A stretch of 63,485 nucleotides of DNA, filler included, from an uncultured Gemmatimonadota bacterium (GTDB lineage: Bacteria; Blakebacterota; Blakebacteria; Blakebacterales; Blakebacteraceae), in assembly GCA_964576115.1 (NCBI GenBank). It is 5 parts of 5 records of this genome, joined end to end, with 100 filler letters (N's around TTAATTAATTAA, not from the genome) between each part and the next. Parts side by side here need not be neighbours in the genome. Positions count along the whole stretch, not along the records: positions 1 to 14,980 come from CAZNUA010000069.1; positions 15,081 to 29,411 come from CAZNUA010000070.1; 3 more parts are not named here. One strand, 5' to 3'. This document shows positions 1 to 17,649 of this stretch, one piece after another. Every line of letters starts with the position of its first letter. Position 1 is the first letter of the stretch. The notes under the pieces are model-generated. The model ran no database searches, was not told the origin of the DNA, and saw only the letters and a list, made by a program, of their open reading frames with translations. The position numbers were made by a program, and so were the translations under genes.

Positions 1-56
1 TCCGCGAGGGGGGCCACACGGTCGCCTCGGGGGTTGTGACCGAGATCATCGAGTAG
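1..56 (+). CDS. tuf: Elongation factor Tu, 3' end (partial)
   Basis: Translates [17 protein letters not shown], the canonical EF-Tu C-terminus, directly upstream of rpmG/tRNA-Trp/secE. Confidence 0.95.
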   Translation, partial: REGGHTVASGVVTEIIE

Positions 57-72
57 GCAAGGGGAGTCCGAG

Positions 73-222
73 ATGCGCGATCAGGTCATCCTCGCCTGCG
101 AGGAGTGCAAGCGCCGCAATTACACGACGACGAAAAACAAGCGGCTCCATCCCGATCGGATCGAGCAGAAGAAATACTGTCGTTTCTGCGGCCGGCACAC
201 CAATCACAAGGAGACCCGGTAG
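73..222 (+). CDS. rpmG: 50S ribosomal protein L33 (zinc-ribbon form), 49 aa
   Basis: Not in the ORF track. [49 protein letters not shown], two CxxC motifs, GGGGAG RBS. Confidence 0.97.
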   Translation: MRDQVILACEECKRRNYTTTKNKRLHPDRIEQKKYCRFCGRHTNHKETR

Positions 223-264
223 GTTTTCCCTTTCCGGTTCTAGCCGCGGGGCTCACCGCGCAAC

Positions 265-340
265 AGGCCTGTAGCTCAATTGGCAGAGCACCGGTCTCCA
301 AAACCGGCGGTTGGGGGTTCGAGTCCCTCCAGGCCTGCCA
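265..340 (+). tRNA. tRNA-Trp (CCA)
   Basis: Acceptor stem AGGCCTG/CAGGCCT, D-arm TAGCTCAATTGGCAGAGC, anticodon loop CTCCAAA, GTTCGAGTCC T-loop, encoded 3' CCA; typical position before secE. Confidence 0.98.
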
Positions 341-370
341 GGCAACCGAAACGAGAGGACGGGTAAAGGG

Positions 371-556
371 ATGTTCGACCGTACCCGTGAGTATCTCAAA
401 GACGTCCGGGCGGAGTTTGACAAAGTCACCTGGCCCACCTGGGACGAACTCAAGGGGCAGACCGGAGTCGTGCTGGTCGTCTCCCTGATTTTCGCTCTCT
501 TCATCTTCGGTGTGGACCAGATCCTGAACCAGCTGGTCAGGCTCGTGCTCCGGTAG
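371..556 (+). CDS. secE: Preprotein translocase subunit SecE (single TM)
   Basis: EFDKVTWPT motif followed by one TM helix; located between tRNA-Trp and nusG. Confidence 0.95.
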   Translation: MFDRTREYLKDVRAEFDKVTWPTWDELKGQTGVVLVVSLIFALFIFGVDQILNQLVRLVLR

Positions 557-581
557 AGTGGGAAGCAGGATATCCGGACCC

Positions 582-1115
582 ATGGCGATGCATTGGTACG
601 TGGTCCACACTTACAGTGGACATGAGAAGAAAGCCAAGCTCCACCTCGAAAGTGCGGTGGAGAACGCCGGGATGACCGAGCTCTTCGGCCAGATTCTCAT
701 TCCCACTGAAGAGATCATCGAAATGAAGGAGGGGAAGCGGCGCAAGAAGACCCGCAAGTTCCTCCCCTCATACATCCTGGTCGAGATGGAGCTGACCCAG
801 GAAACGCAGCACCTCGTGACCAACACTCCGGGAGTGACGGCCTTTGTCGGAGCCGGCGGTCGCCCGCAACCCCTGAGTGAGTCCGAAGTACACCGCGTGC
901 TGGGTCAGGTCGATCGGAGCCGGGACAGGGAGAAGCTGGACGTTCCCTACCGCGAAGGCGAGGCCGTCAAGGTCGTCGACGGTCCCTTCAAGGATTTCAA
1001 CGGGGTCGTGCAGCAGGTCTTCCCGGACAAGAACAAGGTGCGTGTCATGGTCAGCATCTTCGGACGCTCGACACCGGTCGAACTCGATTTCCTCCAGGTC
1101 GAGGTGATCGACTGA
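582..1115 (+). CDS. nusG: Transcription termination/antitermination factor NusG
   Basis: WYVVHTYSGHE N-terminus, KOW motif VDGPFKDFNG, IFGRSTPVELDF; start is ATG 582 or 588. Confidence 0.97.
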   Translation: MAMHWYVVHTYSGHEKKAKLHLESAVENAGMTELFGQILIPTEEIIEMKEGKRRKKTRKFLPSYILVEMELTQETQHLVTNTPGVTAFVGAGGRPQPLSESEVHRVLGQVDRSRDREKLDVPYREGEAVKVVDGPFKDFNGVVQQVFPDKNKVRVMVSIFGRSTPVELDFLQVEVID

Positions 1116-1177
1116 TTCGACGTCGTCGACCGGATGTACGGCGCGCCCAGGAGACGGTGCAGTAAGGGGCAGATACC

Positions 1178-1753
1178 GTGGCGAAGAAAGTCATCCAGAA
1201 GATCAAGCTGCAGATCCCCGGCGGGCAGGCCACGCCCGCTCCGCCGGTGGGTACGGCGCTCGGTCCGGCGCAGATCAACATCATGGAGTTCTGCAAGGCC
1301 TTCAACGAGCGTACGCAGAAGGAGCACGGCACGATCATCCCGGTCGTGATCACGGTGTACCAGGACCGTAGCTTCTCCTTCATCACCAAGACGCCGCCGG
1401 CAGCGGTGCTGATCAAGAAGGCCCTGCGGCTCGAGAGCGGCTCGGGGGAACCGAACCGGCTCAAGGTCGGCAAGATCAGCGAACGCGACATCGAGGAAAT
1501 CGCGCAGCTCAAGATGCCCGACCTGAATACCGACGACATGGAAGCAGCCAAGTCGATGATCCGGGGCGCCGCCCGGAGCATGGGCGTGCTGGTCGAGGGC
1601 GAAGCCGGCGAAGTGGCCTCGGCCGAAGAGATTGCCGCTTCACGGGCAGCGGCGCAAGCCGAAGCGGCTGCGGCTGCGGCTCCGGTTGCGGTCGAGGGTG
1701 AAGAGGCCGGCGAGCCGGCCGAAGCTGAAGTGCCTGCCGGAGGTGATGAGTGA
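1178..1753 (+). CDS. rplK: 50S ribosomal protein L11 with ~50-aa acidic Ala/Glu-rich C-terminal extension
   Basis: [39 protein letters not shown] motifs. Confidence 0.97.
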   Translation: MAKKVIQKIKLQIPGGQATPAPPVGTALGPAQINIMEFCKAFNERTQKEHGTIIPVVITVYQDRSFSFITKTPPAAVLIKKALRLESGSGEPNRLKVGKISERDIEEIAQLKMPDLNTDDMEAAKSMIRGAARSMGVLVEGEAGEVASAEEIAASRAAAQAEAAAAAAPVAVEGEEAGEPAEAEVPAGGDE

Positions 1754-2460
1754 TGGGCGCCAGGGTATCGAAGCGTTACAGTGCCGCCAGCGCGCTCCTC
1801 GAACCGGGGCAGGAGTACGGACTCGAGGAGGCGATTGAAAAAATCCGCTCTTTCCCGGCCGCGAAATTCGATGAAACGGTCGAGATTGCAGTCCGATTGA
1901 GCGTCGATCCCCGGCACGCCGACCAGGTGGTGCGCGGCACGGTCGTCCTGCCGCACGGGTTGGGCAAGTCGCTGAGTGTGGCCGTCATCGCCCGGGGGCC
2001 GAAGGCCACCGAGGCCGAAGAGGCGGGTGCCGACGAGGTCGGAGCCGAGGAACTGGTCGAGAAGATCGAAGGGGGCTGGTTCGAGTTCGACATCTGCATC
2101 ACCACCCCCGACATGATGGGCCTGGTTGGCAAGCTGGGACGGGTGCTGGGACCGCGGGGTCTGATGCCCAATCCGAAGTCGGGCACGGTGACGATGGATG
2201 TCGCCCGTGCGGTCAACGAGGCCAAGGCCGGCAAGATCGAGTTCCGGGTCGACAAGGCGGGCATCATCCACGCTCCGCTGGGTAAGAAGAGCTTCTCGTC
2301 CCAGGCCCTGACCGACAACGCCCTGGCTTTCTACCGCGCTATCGTTCAGGCCCGGCCGGCCGCGGCCAAGGGGCAGTACATCAGGAGCCTGACCCTGTCG
2401 ACGACGATGGGACCGGGCATCAGGCTCGACCGCGCCGCCGTGCAGGCTCTGATCGTCTGA
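1753..2460 (+). CDS. rplA: 50S ribosomal protein L1
   Basis: [40 protein letters not shown] overlap with rplK, GGAGGT RBS. Confidence 0.97.
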   Translation: MGARVSKRYSAASALLEPGQEYGLEEAIEKIRSFPAAKFDETVEIAVRLSVDPRHADQVVRGTVVLPHGLGKSLSVAVIARGPKATEAEEAGADEVGAEELVEKIEGGWFEFDICITTPDMMGLVGKLGRVLGPRGLMPNPKSGTVTMDVARAVNEAKAGKIEFRVDKAGIIHAPLGKKSFSSQALTDNALAFYRAIVQARPAAAKGQYIRSLTLSTTMGPGIRLDRAAVQALIV

Positions 2461-2483
2461 GAATGAGTGGAGAGACGACGACC

Positions 2484-3224
2484 ATGAACGTCACCGATAC
2501 CGAACTGAGCCACGCCGAAGTCCTGGCCGGTATGGAGCGTGAGCCGCGGCCCGAGAAAGTCGCCGAGGTCGAACGGCTCGAGGCCATCCTGCGCGACTCC
2601 GCCGCTGTTTACCTGACCGATTACCGCGGCATCAACGTCGAGATGATGAACAATCTACGGCGACGTTTCCGCGATGCCGGGGTGCAGTTAACGATCGTGA
2701 AGAACTCCCTGCTCAAGCGGGCCGCCGGCAGTGCTGATCTGCCCGACTGGATCGCCGATATGGAGGGGCCCACCGCTCTGGCGATCGGCGTCGAGGATCC
2801 GGTTGCACCGGCCCGGGTCATCAAGGAATTCCAGGATGAGTTCCGGCGTCAGGCCGATTTCCTGGTCTTCAAGGCCGGCCTGCTGCGGGGCGAGGCGATC
2901 GAAGCCGGGACCTTCCTGAAACTGGCCACGTTGCCCGGCCGGGACGAACTCGTGGCCCAACTGCTCTACCTGCTCACCTGGCCTATGCGGGGACTGGTGA
3001 CGGTCCTCTCCGGGGTGCCGCGCAGCCTCGTCTATGCCCTGGAAGATCTACGCGCTAAACGGGCCGAAGCCGAACCGGCTGACGCTGAAGAGGAAGCGGC
3101 CACCGATGAAGAGGCGGCCGACGACGGTACGGCAGAGGACACGACCGAGGTCGCGGCAGCGGCCGAGGATACCGATGACGAAGCTCAAGCAGAACAAGCC
3201 GCTGACGAAGAAAAGTCCGAGTAA
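2484..3224 (+). CDS. rplJ: 50S ribosomal protein L10 with N-terminal extension and acidic C-terminal tail
   Basis: DYRG, VKNSL, GPTA, LATLPGRDEL motifs; between rplA and rplL; start uncertain (ATG 2463, 2484 or 2532). Confidence 0.93.
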   Translation: MNVTDTELSHAEVLAGMEREPRPEKVAEVERLEAILRDSAAVYLTDYRGINVEMMNNLRRRFRDAGVQLTIVKNSLLKRAAGSADLPDWIADMEGPTALAIGVEDPVAPARVIKEFQDEFRRQADFLVFKAGLLRGEAIEAGTFLKLATLPGRDELVAQLLYLLTWPMRGLVTVLSGVPRSLVYALEDLRAKRAEAEPADAEEEAATDEEAADDGTAEDTTEVAAAAEDTDDEAQAEQAADEEKSE

Positions 3225-3285
3225 ACGTTCACCATTCAGCAACTGAGTACCCCTCCCGTTGAGGAGGGCGAAGCAAGGAGTAACC

Positions 3286-3669
3286 ATGGCTGACAAGCTG
3301 GCAGGCATCGTCGAGTCGATAGAAGAGCTGACGGTGATGGAACTGGCGGATCTGGTTTCCACCCTCGAAGAGAAGTTCGGTGTTTCCGCCCAGGCTCCCG
3401 TGGCCGTCGCGGCCGCCGGCGCAGCCGCTGCACCGGGCGCTGCCGCCGAGGAAGAGCAAACCGAGTTCGACGCCATCCTCGCGGATATCGGGGCCAACAA
3501 GATCCAGGTCATCAAGGTGGTCCGGGCCATCACGAGTCTGGGCCTGAAAGAGGCCAAGGATCTGGTCGACGGAGCTCCCAATCCGATCAAGGAAGCTATC
3601 CCGAAGGAAGAGGCTGAAGAGATCAAGAAGCAGATCGAAGAGGTCGGCGGCAAAGTCGACATCAAGTAG
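3286..3669 (+). CDS. rplL: 50S ribosomal protein L7/L12
   Basis: LEEKFGVSA, Ala hinge, [36 protein letters not shown]. Confidence 0.98.
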   Translation: MADKLAGIVESIEELTVMELADLVSTLEEKFGVSAQAPVAVAAAGAAAAPGAAAEEEQTEFDAILADIGANKIQVIKVVRAITSLGLKEAKDLVDGAPNPIKEAIPKEEAEEIKKQIEEVGGKVDIK

Positions 3670-3697
3670 CCTGTCGCCACGTGCTCGCCTTCGGTCC

Positions 3698-3749
3698 GAA
3701 CAGCACTTCTGCGCCCCCCATCCGGGAGGATGATCGGGAAGTGCTGTTC
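3698..3749 (+). promoter_or_regulatory. Stem-loop in the rplL-rpoB spacer (possible attenuator or processing site)
   Basis: Perfect 12-bp inverted repeat GAACAGCACTTC...GAAGTGCTGTTC; function inferred by analogy with the E. coli rplL-rpoB spacer. Confidence 0.5.
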
Positions 3750-3778
3750 CTGTCTCTGTGATGAAGGAGTGATGTCTC

Positions 3779-11689
<7,911 letters not shown>

Positions 11690-11709
11690 AATCCTACGCG
11701 ATTCGGGCA

Positions 11710-11737
11710 TTGACACCGGATTGCATAGACCTAAGTT
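11710..11737 (+). promoter_or_regulatory. Sigma-70-type promoter of the str operon
   Basis: TTGACA-N16-TAAGTT upstream of rpsL. Confidence 0.6.
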
Positions 11738-11784
11738 GCTAGTCTGTCCCGATAACGGGACCGAAGAGGATGGGAGCAGTTGAT

Positions 11785-12156
11785 TTGCCCACCGTGAACC
11801 AGCTGGTCCGGAAGGGCCGGAAGAAGGTGAAGAAGAAGGGCACGGCGCCCGCCCTGCAGAGCAGCCCGCAGAAGCGGGGGGTCTGCACGCGCGTGTATAC
11901 GACCACGCCCAAGAAGCCCAATTCCGCTCTCCGCAAGGTGGCGCGTGTCCGCCTCACCAACCGGATCGAGGTAACCGCCTACATCCCCGGTGAGGGACAC
12001 AATCTTCAGGAGCACTCGATTGTGCTGATCCGCGGCGGGCGGGTCAAAGACCTGCCCGGTGTCCGCTATCACATCATCAGAGGTACCCTGGATGCGAGCG
12101 GAGTCGAGGATCGGACCCAGCGGCGCTCGAAGTACGGCACCAAGCGGCCCAGGTAA
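11785..12156 (+). CDS. rpsL: 30S ribosomal protein S12
   Basis: TTG start ([10 protein letters not shown]), [25 protein letters not shown]. Confidence 0.98.
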   Translation: MPTVNQLVRKGRKKVKKKGTAPALQSSPQKRGVCTRVYTTTPKKPNSALRKVARVRLTNRIEVTAYIPGEGHNLQEHSIVLIRGGRVKDLPGVRYHIIRGTLDASGVEDRTQRRSKYGTKRPR

Positions 12157-12165
12157 GGGGACTGA

Positions 12166-12636
12166 ATGCCTCGTCGTAAACGAGCAGAACGCAGAGAACA
12201 GGCACCCGACCCGGTCTTCGGATCGGTCATGGTGACCCGTTTCATCAATAACCTGATGCGTCGGGGGAAGAAATCGCTCGCCGAGCGGATCTTCTATGAG
12301 GCTATCGAGCGCATCGACAACGTGACCGGGGGCGAAGGTCTGGCCACATTCGAGAAAGCAGTGAACAACTCCAAGCCCCAGGTTGAGGTGAAGTCAAGGC
12401 GGGTTGGTGGTGCCACCTACCAGGTGCCGGTGGAGATTTCGCGCAATCGCTCCACCGCCCTGGCTATCAGGTGGCTGATCACCAACTCAAAGGAACGGCC
12501 TGAGCGAACGATGGCGCAACGGTTGGCCGCCGAATTCCTCGCCGCCTCGCGCGGCGAAGGTGCGACCGTCAAGAAGAAGGATGATACCCACCGGATGGCC
12601 GAGGCCAACAGGGCCTTCGCCCATTACCGCTGGTAG
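12166..12636 (+). CDS. rpsG: 30S ribosomal protein S7
   Basis: RRVGGATYQVP, HRMAEANRAFAHYRW. Confidence 0.98.
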   Translation: MPRRKRAERREQAPDPVFGSVMVTRFINNLMRRGKKSLAERIFYEAIERIDNVTGGEGLATFEKAVNNSKPQVEVKSRRVGGATYQVPVEISRNRSTALAIRWLITNSKERPERTMAQRLAAEFLAASRGEGATVKKKDDTHRMAEANRAFAHYRW

Positions 12637-12810
12637 ACAGCCTCCTTCCGCCGCTCAGTCTGTTCCATCCTGCCGCCTGCTCACACTTCGCCACCAGATG
12701 AGTCGGGAGTCCGCCGGTATGGTGCCGGTGGACTCCGGAGCAACCGGTTCACCGGATTGCCCCCGAGGGGGGTGTCTGTCAAGAGGCGCACGCGCCGAGA
12801 GGGAATAGCA

Positions 12811-14901
12811 GTGCCGCGTACCATTCCACTCGAAAGGGTCAGAAATATCGGCATCATGGCCCACATCGATGCCGGCAAGACCACGACCACCGAGCGGATC
12901 CTGTTCTATACCGGACGGGTTCACCGCATCGGTGAGGTGGATGATGGTGCGGCTACGATGGACTGGATGGAACAGGAAAAAGAGCGGGGTATCACCATTA
13001 CCTCGGCGGCCACGACCACCTTCTGGCGCGACTACCGGATCAACATCATCGACACCCCCGGCCACGTGGACTTCACGGTCGAGGTCGAACGCTCGCTACG
13101 CGTTCTCGACGGTGCCATCGCGGTCTTCTGCGCCGTGGGGGGGGTCGAACCTCAGTCGGAAACGGTCTGGCGACAGGCCAACCGCTACCGGGTGCCGCGG
13201 ATCGCGTATGTGAACAAAATGGACCGTATGGGGGCAGATTTCTTCAAGGTCCTCGACGAGATGCAGAGCCGGCTGCACGCTCCCATCCTGCCGGTGCAGC
13301 TCCCCGTGGGATCGGGGGAGATGTTCACCGGCTTGATCGATCTGATCGGTGACCGGGCCTTTTTCTACGACGAAGCCAGCCAGGGGGTCAAAGTCGAGGA
13401 AGCGCCCATCCCCGACGCCCATCGCGAGATCGCCCACGACTACCGGCAGAAGATCCTCGAACAGGTCGCCGAATACAACGACACCCTGCTCGAGAAGTTC
13501 CTCGAGGAAGAGCCGATCGAAGAGCCTGAGATCCGGGCCGCCATCCGGCAGGCCACCCTCGACGGCAACATGGTCCCCGTTTTCTGCGGTTCTTCGTACA
13601 AGAACAAGGGCGTGCAGAAGATGCTCGACGGCGTGGTCGATTATCTGCCCGCACCGAGCGACATCCCACCGGTCGTAGGAGTCGTACCGACCCGCGAACA
13701 CGAGCAGCTCACCCGGGCCCCCGACGACGGGGCGCCCTTCAGTGCCCTGGCCTTCAAGATCGTGACCGATCCCTACGTGGGACGGTTGACCTATTTCCGG
13801 GTCTATTCGGGAACCCTGCCGGCCGGCGGGCATGTCTACAATCCCCGCTCCCATCGCAAGGAACGGGTCGGGCGGATTCTGTTGATGCACGCCAACAAGC
13901 GCGAAGAACTCGACGCCGTCTACGCCGGCGAGATCGCCGCCGCGGTCGGCCTGAAGAGCACCGGCACGGGCGATACCCTCTGCGACGAGAACGAACCGAT
14001 CGTCCTGGAGACCATGAACTTCCCCCGGCCGGTGGTTTCGGTCGTGATCGAACCGAAATCGCAGGCCGACGAGGAGCGCCTTTCGACCAGCCTGGCCAAA
14101 CTGGCCGAGGAGGATCCCACCTTCCAGGTGCGGGCCGATCCCGAAACGGGCCAGACCCTGATTCACGGTATGGGCGAACTTCACCTCGAGGTCCTGGTGA
14201 CCCGGCTGCTGCGCGAGTTCAAGGTGGCCGCCAACGTGGGCCGACCGCAGGTGGCCTATCGGGAGTCGATCACGCAACAGGTCGAGGAAGAAACCCGGTA
14301 CGTGAAACAAACCGGGGGCAGGGGACAGTACGCCCACATCGTCATGCGGGTCGGTCCCGGCAAGCCCGGTTCGGGCCTCATCTTCGAGAGCCAGGTCGTG
14401 GGGGGAGTCATCCCCAAGGAGTTCATCCCCGCCGTGCACCAGGGGGTCAAGGAATCGATGCGCAACGGAGTGCTGGCCGGGTACCAGCTCGAAGATATCG
14501 AAGTGACCCTGCTGCACGGTTCCTACCACGAGGTCGACTCGAACGAGATGGCCTTCAAGATCGCGGCCTCCAGGGGTCTCAAGGACGCCGCCCGACGGGC
14601 CGGACCGGTTCTGCTCGAACCGATCATGGACATCGAAGTCGTGACTCCCGAGGAATACATGGGGGACGTCATGGGTGATCTGACCGCTCGTCGCGGCAAG
14701 GTGCGCAGCATGCGCTCGCGCTCGGATGCCACGGTCATCGATGGGGAGGCCCCCCTGGCCGAGATGTTCGGCTATGCCACCGACCTGCGTTCGATGACGC
14801 AGGGCCGGGCAGTCTACAGCATGCAGTTCGGGCACTACGAAAAGGTTCCCGAAAGCATACAGAAGGAGATCATCAACCAAACCACCGGCGTGATCTGGTA
14901 G
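12811..14901 (+). CDS. fusA: Elongation factor G
   Basis: GTG start; [33 protein letters not shown]; str operon position. Confidence 0.98.
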   Translation: MPRTIPLERVRNIGIMAHIDAGKTTTTERILFYTGRVHRIGEVDDGAATMDWMEQEKERGITITSAATTTFWRDYRINIIDTPGHVDFTVEVERSLRVLDGAIAVFCAVGGVEPQSETVWRQANRYRVPRIAYVNKMDRMGADFFKVLDEMQSRLHAPILPVQLPVGSGEMFTGLIDLIGDRAFFYDEASQGVKVEEAPIPDAHREIAHDYRQKILEQVAEYNDTLLEKFLEEEPIEEPEIRAAIRQATLDGNMVPVFCGSSYKNKGVQKMLDGVVDYLPAPSDIPPVVGVVPTREHEQLTRAPDDGAPFSALAFKIVTDPYVGRLTYFRVYSGTLPAGGHVYNPRSHRKERVGRILLMHANKREELDAVYAGEIAAAVGLKSTGTGDTLCDENEPIVLETMNFPRPVVSVVIEPKSQADEERLSTSLAKLAEEDPTFQVRADPETGQTLIHGMGELHLEVLVTRLLREFKVAANVGRPQVAYRESITQQVEEETRYVKQTGGRGQYAHIVMRVGPGKPGSGLIFESQVVGGVIPKEFIPAVHQGVKESMRNGVLAGYQLEDIEVTLLHGSYHEVDSNEMAFKIAASRGLKDAARRAGPVLLEPIMDIEVVTPEEYMGDVMGDLTARRGKVRSMRSRSDATVIDGEAPLAEMFGYATDLRSMTQGRAVYSMQFGHYEKVPESIQKEIINQTTGVIW

Positions 14902-14925
14902 CCGGCAAGACAGAGAGAGCAATCG

Positions 14926-14980
14926 ATGGCGAAGGAGAAATTCGAGCGCACGAAGCCCCACGTGAACGTGGGGACGATCG
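14926..14980 (+). CDS. tuf: Elongation factor Tu, second copy, 5' end (truncated by contig end)
   Basis: MAKEKFERTKPHVNVGTI immediately after fusA. Confidence 0.96.
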
Positions 14981-15080
14981 NNNNNNNNNNNNNNNNNNNN
15001 NNNNNNNNNNNNNNNNNNNNNNNNTTAATTAATTAANNNNNNNNNNNNNNNNNNNNNNNNNNNNNNNNNNNNNNNNNNNN
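14981..15080. other. Artificial contig linker
   Basis: N-run, TTAATTAATTAA (stops in all six frames), N-run; 100 nt. Confidence 0.98.
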
Positions 15081-15096
15081 TTTCAAGCCTGCCGCG

Positions 15097-15126
15097 TTGA
15101 CGCTGCCCGCCCGGGGCCGATATCGT
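15097..15126 (+). promoter_or_regulatory. Putative sigma-70 promoter
   Basis: TTGACG-N18-TATCGT upstream of the amidohydrolase. Confidence 0.4.
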
Positions 15127-15217
15127 CGCCGTATCAACCTTCCCCTGCCCCGTTCCGGGAGTATCCGACCGCTCAGGGGCACGGGGCACGTTCACAAGCG
15201 CCTGGAGGATTCTGACC

Positions 15218-16720
15218 ATGCCCGCCGCCCGCCGCCTCACCGCTTTCCTGCTGATTGCCATTCCGCTGCTGATCCCCCCCGCCCCGGCTTCAGCTCAGGG
15301 CTCCGGGCCCGCCATCGCCGCCGCCGAACACGGCCAGCGCTACGGCCGCCTGCTGATCCGGGATGTCCATGTGATCGACGGCAACGGCACTCCGACCCGG
15401 GGGCCGATGAACGTGATCGTGGAAGAGGACCGGATCGCCGCAGTGGGAGGACGCGCTTTCGGCGAGTTCGCGGCCGTCATCGACGGGCGGGGACGCTACC
15501 TGCTGCCCGGCCTGATCAACCTGCACGCCCACCTGCAGGACAGCCGCGGCTCTCACTCGATGCCTTTCGCCTACCAGTTCAACCTCTGGCTCGCCAGCGG
15601 TATCACGACCATCCGCGATGTAGGCAGCGATCTGTCAAAAGCCCTGCAGCTGCGTGAAGAGAGCACCGAGGGCCGGATCGTCGCCCCCCGCATTTTCATT
15701 TACGCCCGGGCGGGCGGAGCGAGCCCCGAGGAAGCCCGAGAGAGCGTGCGACGAGTCCATGAATCGGGAGCCGACGGAGTGAAGATCTTCGGTCTGGATG
15801 CCGAACCGATGGCGGCCCTGATGGAGGAAGCCCGCTCCCTGAACCTGCGGGTGGCCCATCACGTTGGAGTCGAGGAGACCGACGCCTGGGATGATATCGC
15901 CGGGGGCACGACCACCATCGAGCACTGGTACGGCATTCCCGATGCCGCCATCCGGTACGGCTCGCAGCACTTCCCCCCCGGGTATAATTATTCCAACGAA
16001 CTCGATCGCTTCCGGTGGGCCGGCCGGTTGTGGAAGGAGGCCGATCCCGAACGGCTCGGCGAGGTCCTGCAGGGTATGGTCGACGCCGGGGTCGGTTGGT
16101 GCCCCACCCTGACGATCTACGAAGCCAGCCGGGACGTCCAGCGAGCGCGTACCCAGCCCTGGTTCGCCGATTATCTGCACCCCGCCCTCGAAGCCTATTT
16201 CGAGCCCGACCTTCAGAGCCACGGTTCGTATTTCCTGGGCTGGACGACCGAAGATGAGATCGAGTGGAAACGCAACTATCAGCTCTGGTTCGCGGCCCTG
16301 CGCCAGTTCGCCGAACGAGGCGGTCTGATCTGCGTCGGCGAGGATGCCGGTTTCATCTACCGCCTCTACGGTTTCGCCCTGATCCGCGAGCTGGAGCTGC
16401 AGCAGGAAGCCGGTTTCCATCCCCTCGACGTGATCCGGCATGCGACGTACAACAACGCTCTGGCCCTGGGACGCGAGCACGAACTGGGACGGCTCAAGGC
16501 CGGGTGGCAGGCCGATCTCATCCTGGTCAACGGTAATCCGCAGACAAACTTCAAGCTCCTCTACCCGACCGGCACCGACGTTCTGGTCGATGGCGAGTAC
16601 CGCCATGGAGGAACCGTGGCGTGGACCATCAAGGACGGGTGGTGCTACCGGGGAGATATTCTGATGGAGGAAGTCAGGCAAATGGTACGCGAAGCGCGCG
16701 CCGAGCGGGAGGAACGCTGA
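15218..16720 (+). CDS. Exported amidohydrolase-superfamily protein
   Basis: Signal peptide ending ASA-Q, IDGRGRYLLPGLINLHAH (HxH), VGEDAG, G.LKAGWQADLILVNGNP; GGAGG RBS. Confidence 0.88.
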   Translation: MPAARRLTAFLLIAIPLLIPPAPASAQGSGPAIAAAEHGQRYGRLLIRDVHVIDGNGTPTRGPMNVIVEEDRIAAVGGRAFGEFAAVIDGRGRYLLPGLINLHAHLQDSRGSHSMPFAYQFNLWLASGITTIRDVGSDLSKALQLREESTEGRIVAPRIFIYARAGGASPEEARESVRRVHESGADGVKIFGLDAEPMAALMEEARSLNLRVAHHVGVEETDAWDDIAGGTTTIEHWYGIPDAAIRYGSQHFPPGYNYSNELDRFRWAGRLWKEADPERLGEVLQGMVDAGVGWCPTLTIYEASRDVQRARTQPWFADYLHPALEAYFEPDLQSHGSYFLGWTTEDEIEWKRNYQLWFAALRQFAERGGLICVGEDAGFIYRLYGFALIRELELQQEAGFHPLDVIRHATYNNALALGREHELGRLKAGWQADLILVNGNPQTNFKLLYPTGTDVLVDGEYRHGGTVAWTIKDGWCYRGDILMEEVRQMVREARAEREER

Positions 16721-16726
16721 TCCCGG

Positions 16727-16939
16727 TTACTCTTCCTCCTGATCCCGCATGCCCTCGAGCAGCAGGTCGAGGGCAACCTGGTAGTGGAAGCGATAGGCGA
16801 TCACCAGGCCCTGCAGTTCCTCTTCCGAGAGATCGGCGTCATCGCCCCGGATCTCGCGGAGCATGAGCATCATGGTTGCCAGGCCGGCGGCCTGGACCAT
16901 GAGCGAGAGGGTTGTGGTATCAAAGCTGAGCTGATCCAT
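16727..16939 (-). CDS. Small hypothetical protein, 70 aa
   Basis: ATG with AAGGA RBS, fills the gap between neighbours, helical and acidic composition. Confidence 0.55.
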   Translation of the reverse strand: MDQLSFDTTTLSLMVQAAGLATMMLMLREIRGDDADLSEEELQGLVIAYRFHYQVALDLLLEGMRDQEEE

Positions 16940-16964
16940 CTGTTCATCCTTCGCAGAGGTGGTA

Positions 16965-16993
16965 TGGACCGCCGTCGGGGCCCCTGTTATACT
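16965..16993 (+). promoter_or_regulatory. Putative sigma-70 promoter (extended -10), near-leaderless transcript
   Basis: TGGACC-N17-TATACT with TG at -15/-14; ATG 8 nt after the -10 and no RBS. Confidence 0.5.
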
Positions 16994-17001
16994 GCACCTG
17001 T

Positions 17002-17586
17002 ATGAACGATGCGACGGAATCCAGTCTACAGGTCGAGGAGCTGGTCCCTCTAGAGTTTTTTGACGGCTACTCCCTGGAAGAGCTTCGCGATCTGATCCCC
17101 TATCTCGAGGTCTGCCACTACTGCGCCGAAGACGGACCGATCTTCGGTGAAGATCTGCGGCGCAAGGGTATCCAGCTCATCCTCGAGGGCGAGGTCCAGA
17201 TCGTCAAAGAGGTCAGCGACGAGGCCATGATCGTGCTGGCGACCTGCCGTCGGGGAGACATCATCGGCGAGGCCTCGATGTTCGATGAGGGCCCGCATAC
17301 CGCCTCGGTCCGGGCTACCGAACCTACCCGCACGCTCGCCATCACCCGCACGGCTTATTTCGCCATGGTTAACGATGCCCCGGCGATCGCGGTCAAGATC
17401 GCCAACCGGGCCGCTCAGGTGCTGAGCGACCGGCTGCGTCAGGCCAATGAGGCTGTCCTGACCTACGCCATCTGGAGCCGGAGTCTGCGGAACAATCCCC
17501 CCCCCTCCTTCTGGCGGTGGTCGGCCCTGAGCGAAACTCAGAATCTTACCCTGCGTGACCTCGATAAGGAGTGCCCCGATCCCTGA
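17002..17586 (+). CDS. Cyclic-nucleotide-binding (cNMP) domain protein, no Crp HTH
   Basis: LILEGEVQI, GDIIGEASMFD, HTASVRA, LSDRLRQAN. Confidence 0.85.
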   Translation: MNDATESSLQVEELVPLEFFDGYSLEELRDLIPYLEVCHYCAEDGPIFGEDLRRKGIQLILEGEVQIVKEVSDEAMIVLATCRRGDIIGEASMFDEGPHTASVRATEPTRTLAITRTAYFAMVNDAPAIAVKIANRAAQVLSDRLRQANEAVLTYAIWSRSLRNNPPPSFWRWSALSETQNLTLRDLDKECPDP

Positions 17587-17592
17587 GGGGTG

Positions 17593-17632
17593 TCCCCGCC
17601 CGGCCGGCTGAAGCCAGCCGCCCGGGCGGGGA
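17593..17632. terminator. GC-rich hairpin between convergent genes
   Basis: TCCCCGCCCGG-C-CGGCTG aagc CAGCCG-C-CCGGGCGGGGA, 17 of 18 positions paired. Confidence 0.6.
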
Positions 17633-17649
17633 TCAGTGTTCGATCCCGC

